From contig MU006090.1 of the NCBI GenBank assembly GCA_010093705.1, forward strand, positions 1,701,817-1,765,816: a stretch of 64,000 nt of DNA, in the 5' to 3' direction. A program made the translations under genes and the position numbers. The DNA comes from Patellaria atrata CBS 101060 (taxonomy: Eukaryota). Shown piece by piece: positions 61,989 through 64,000 of the stretch. The notes below the pieces were generated by a model, which worked only from the letters and a program-made list of their open reading frames with translations, was not told where the DNA came from and ran no database searches. The first letter of the stretch is position 1; each line of letters opens with the position of its first letter.

Positions 61989-64000
61989 CTACCCCCTCCG
62001 CCACTCCTTCCAACCTCCCTCCCATCCAACACAAACCCCCCACCCCCTCCTCGCCTCCCCCTCCGCCCTTACCGCCTCCGCCTCCCTCCCCAACGCCCTT
62101 AACGCCTCCCCCGCAAACCTCAGCGCCCTCACAGTCTCAATATTAATCATGCCCTTACTCTTTCTCAAATCCAACCCCCTACCCCTCTCAACGTCCGTGT
62201 GGCCGAAATTCCGCAACACCTCGAGCGCATACTTGAGGGTCTTGGCGGGATGGCGGTGGGCGCGCCAGGCGTCGCAGAGCCAGATGGAGGGGTGCACGAG
62301 ACACAACCTCGGCAGGGCATCAAATTTTGGGGAGGGGTAGAGGAGCGCGAGTTGAGTAGTCAAGCGCTCGACGGAGCGGATCGTCGAGGTCGGGATGAAG
62401 GAGGAGAGGGAGCCGGCTGTGTCTGCGCCCGTGCCTGTGGCGTGAAGGGGGTTCGACGGAGCGTTGGACGCAGACAGTCCGCCGCCTTTACGCATGACGA
62501 CGGACTTGATGGTTTGGAAGAGCTGGTCGCGCTTCCCGCGGAGGGTGGGCCCGTCGGACTTCTCGGCGAGACAGAGCGTGCAGCCGCATTCGAAGCCCCA
62601 GCTGTCGGCGTAAACTTTTTGGCGCTGCGACCAGTCCGGCCCGGGGGAGACGTATTGGTGGGTTAGCTCTTCGCCGGCGGGGATGTCCCGAGTGGCGCGG
62701 ACGAGCTGATGGGAGCCGAGGAAGGCGCGGGCGGTGTTGGGGGTGCAGGAGTGGTTGAGGAAGGCGGAGCGAGGCCAGAGGGCTGTGGTCAGGCCGGCTG
62801 TCGATTTGGAGAAGAGGTTGTGGATTACGGTTAGGGAGTGGAGGGGCGCGTTGAAGCAGTTTGTTACGCGGATGGATTCGATGAGGAAGCTGTGGTCGGA
62901 TGTTAGAGGGTCGTTTTAGGAGAGAGAGAGGGAGTATTGGGCGATGGGTGACTTTGAGGGTGGGAATAGGAGATTTTCAAACTTACATGTCTATGACTGG
63001 GACGCCGTCGATTAGTATACCTTCTTTACCACTACGAGGATAGTTTCCGGCATCGAGAGCTAGAAAATCGGCGTTTAGAGATGGGTTGTTGTAGAGTTTG
63101 CGAATCAAGCCCCTGAGCAATGCAGCACTGGATGCAGGAAACACTCTGCCGTTATTGACGTTGAAGAGAACTCTTTCGCTTTCATCATTCGCGGAATAGG
63201 TATTCGGTAGATAAAAGGCTTTTTCGCATAACACAAGTTCACCTGCCTTGATATCGCGAGCTGCAAATGTGCCTCTGCCGTAGTACTCCGTTATACCCAC
63301 CTTCACATCTGCGGAATAAGTCGCGTTGTCGAGGTGAACGTTGCGGTTTGTGAGGGTTGAGCTCATAGCCTTGAAATCGTAACTACCGCCCTCTGCTTCG
63401 GCTAGGCGGGAGTTTGAGCGTTGGAGATCCTTTTTGAAGCTCGAATTCTTGGGATTAAGTTTTGATGCTGCTTCAAAGTGTTTCTTGCCTCGTTCGTACT
63501 CCTCCAACTCGTAAGCTGCTCTGCCAGCAAGGTGGTGAGCCTTTGCATCCGCAGTCCCATCTCCAAAAACCGAAGCAAGGGCGTCTGACTCCGTTGCGTC
63601 GAATCGCTGAAGTAGAAGATTTACCCCTGCACGCTTGCGATAGACATCACTTCGGAAAGCTTTGTCCTCCGATGATGCTCTTGATATGGCCTGAGAATAG
63701 CTATTATATCATTAATCAAATGCATCGATCGGTTGTGTTAACATACTCACCATTCAAGTGCACGAAAGTACTGTTTCGCCAGATATGCCTTGTCTCCAGC
63801 TTGTTTATCATCTGAAGCAGTCCTTGAGAGATTTTGATCTGGTTTTCTTAACTTTTCCGGGATGAACGAACTACCTTCCTCCAATATCAAAAGGTCTGAT
63901 GGATGATCCACCCGTATCGCGTAGTCTTCGTCCCCATTATACTTATAGAATGGTTCTTTGATCGCGATAAAGTCGTTTTCCGCAATGAAGCAATCCAGAG
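61989..64000 (-). CDS. TPR + SET-domain lysine methyltransferase (SMYD-like); 5' end outside the window
   Basis: TPR-like helices; GRGTFAARDIKAGELVLCEKAF; after the ~62890-62986 intron, FLNHSCTPN..RATRDIPAGEELTHQY..WGFECGCTLC (SET and post-SET). Confidence 0.85.

Overview
Gene-dense, intron-rich nuclear DNA from a filamentous ascomycete (Pezizomycotina-type 45-65 nt GT-AG introns with CTRAY branch points). I modelled 24 protein-coding genes by hand. Most are housekeeping: SCY1-like kinase (truncated at the left edge), BCAA aminotransferase, Nit-family amidase, SIR2/HST1, RPP40, LARP1-like, auxin-efflux-family transporter, agmatinase-like, Fpg glycosylase, NAT1, MON2, MMS2, LYR protein, PIR protein, YRA1, VPS11, the divergent ACL1/ACL2 pair, a CmcJ/AsaB-like oxygenase, an MCT-like MFS transporter, epoxide hydrolase, CKB1 and a TPR-SET protein (truncated at the right edge). 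Two further genes are uncharacterised. I saw no rRNA, intact tRNA, intact transposon or CRISPR array. Best leads: (1) a six-exon ~172-aa orphan gene missed by the ORF track, with all phase-0 introns, a candidate 3-nt micro-exon and a TAZ-like H-x3-C-x4-C-x2-C motif; (2) GC-rich islands that flip from C-rich to G-rich, found at 7 of 8 convergent gene junctions, which appear to reshape protein sequence; (3) a 929-nt YRA1 intron carrying nested or decoy splice signals; (4) a TACWGTA/TGTA motif cluster; (5) a tRNA-like relic; (6) a GC-AG intron in MMS2. All exon models, family assignments and composition statements were made by eye, without searches or computation.
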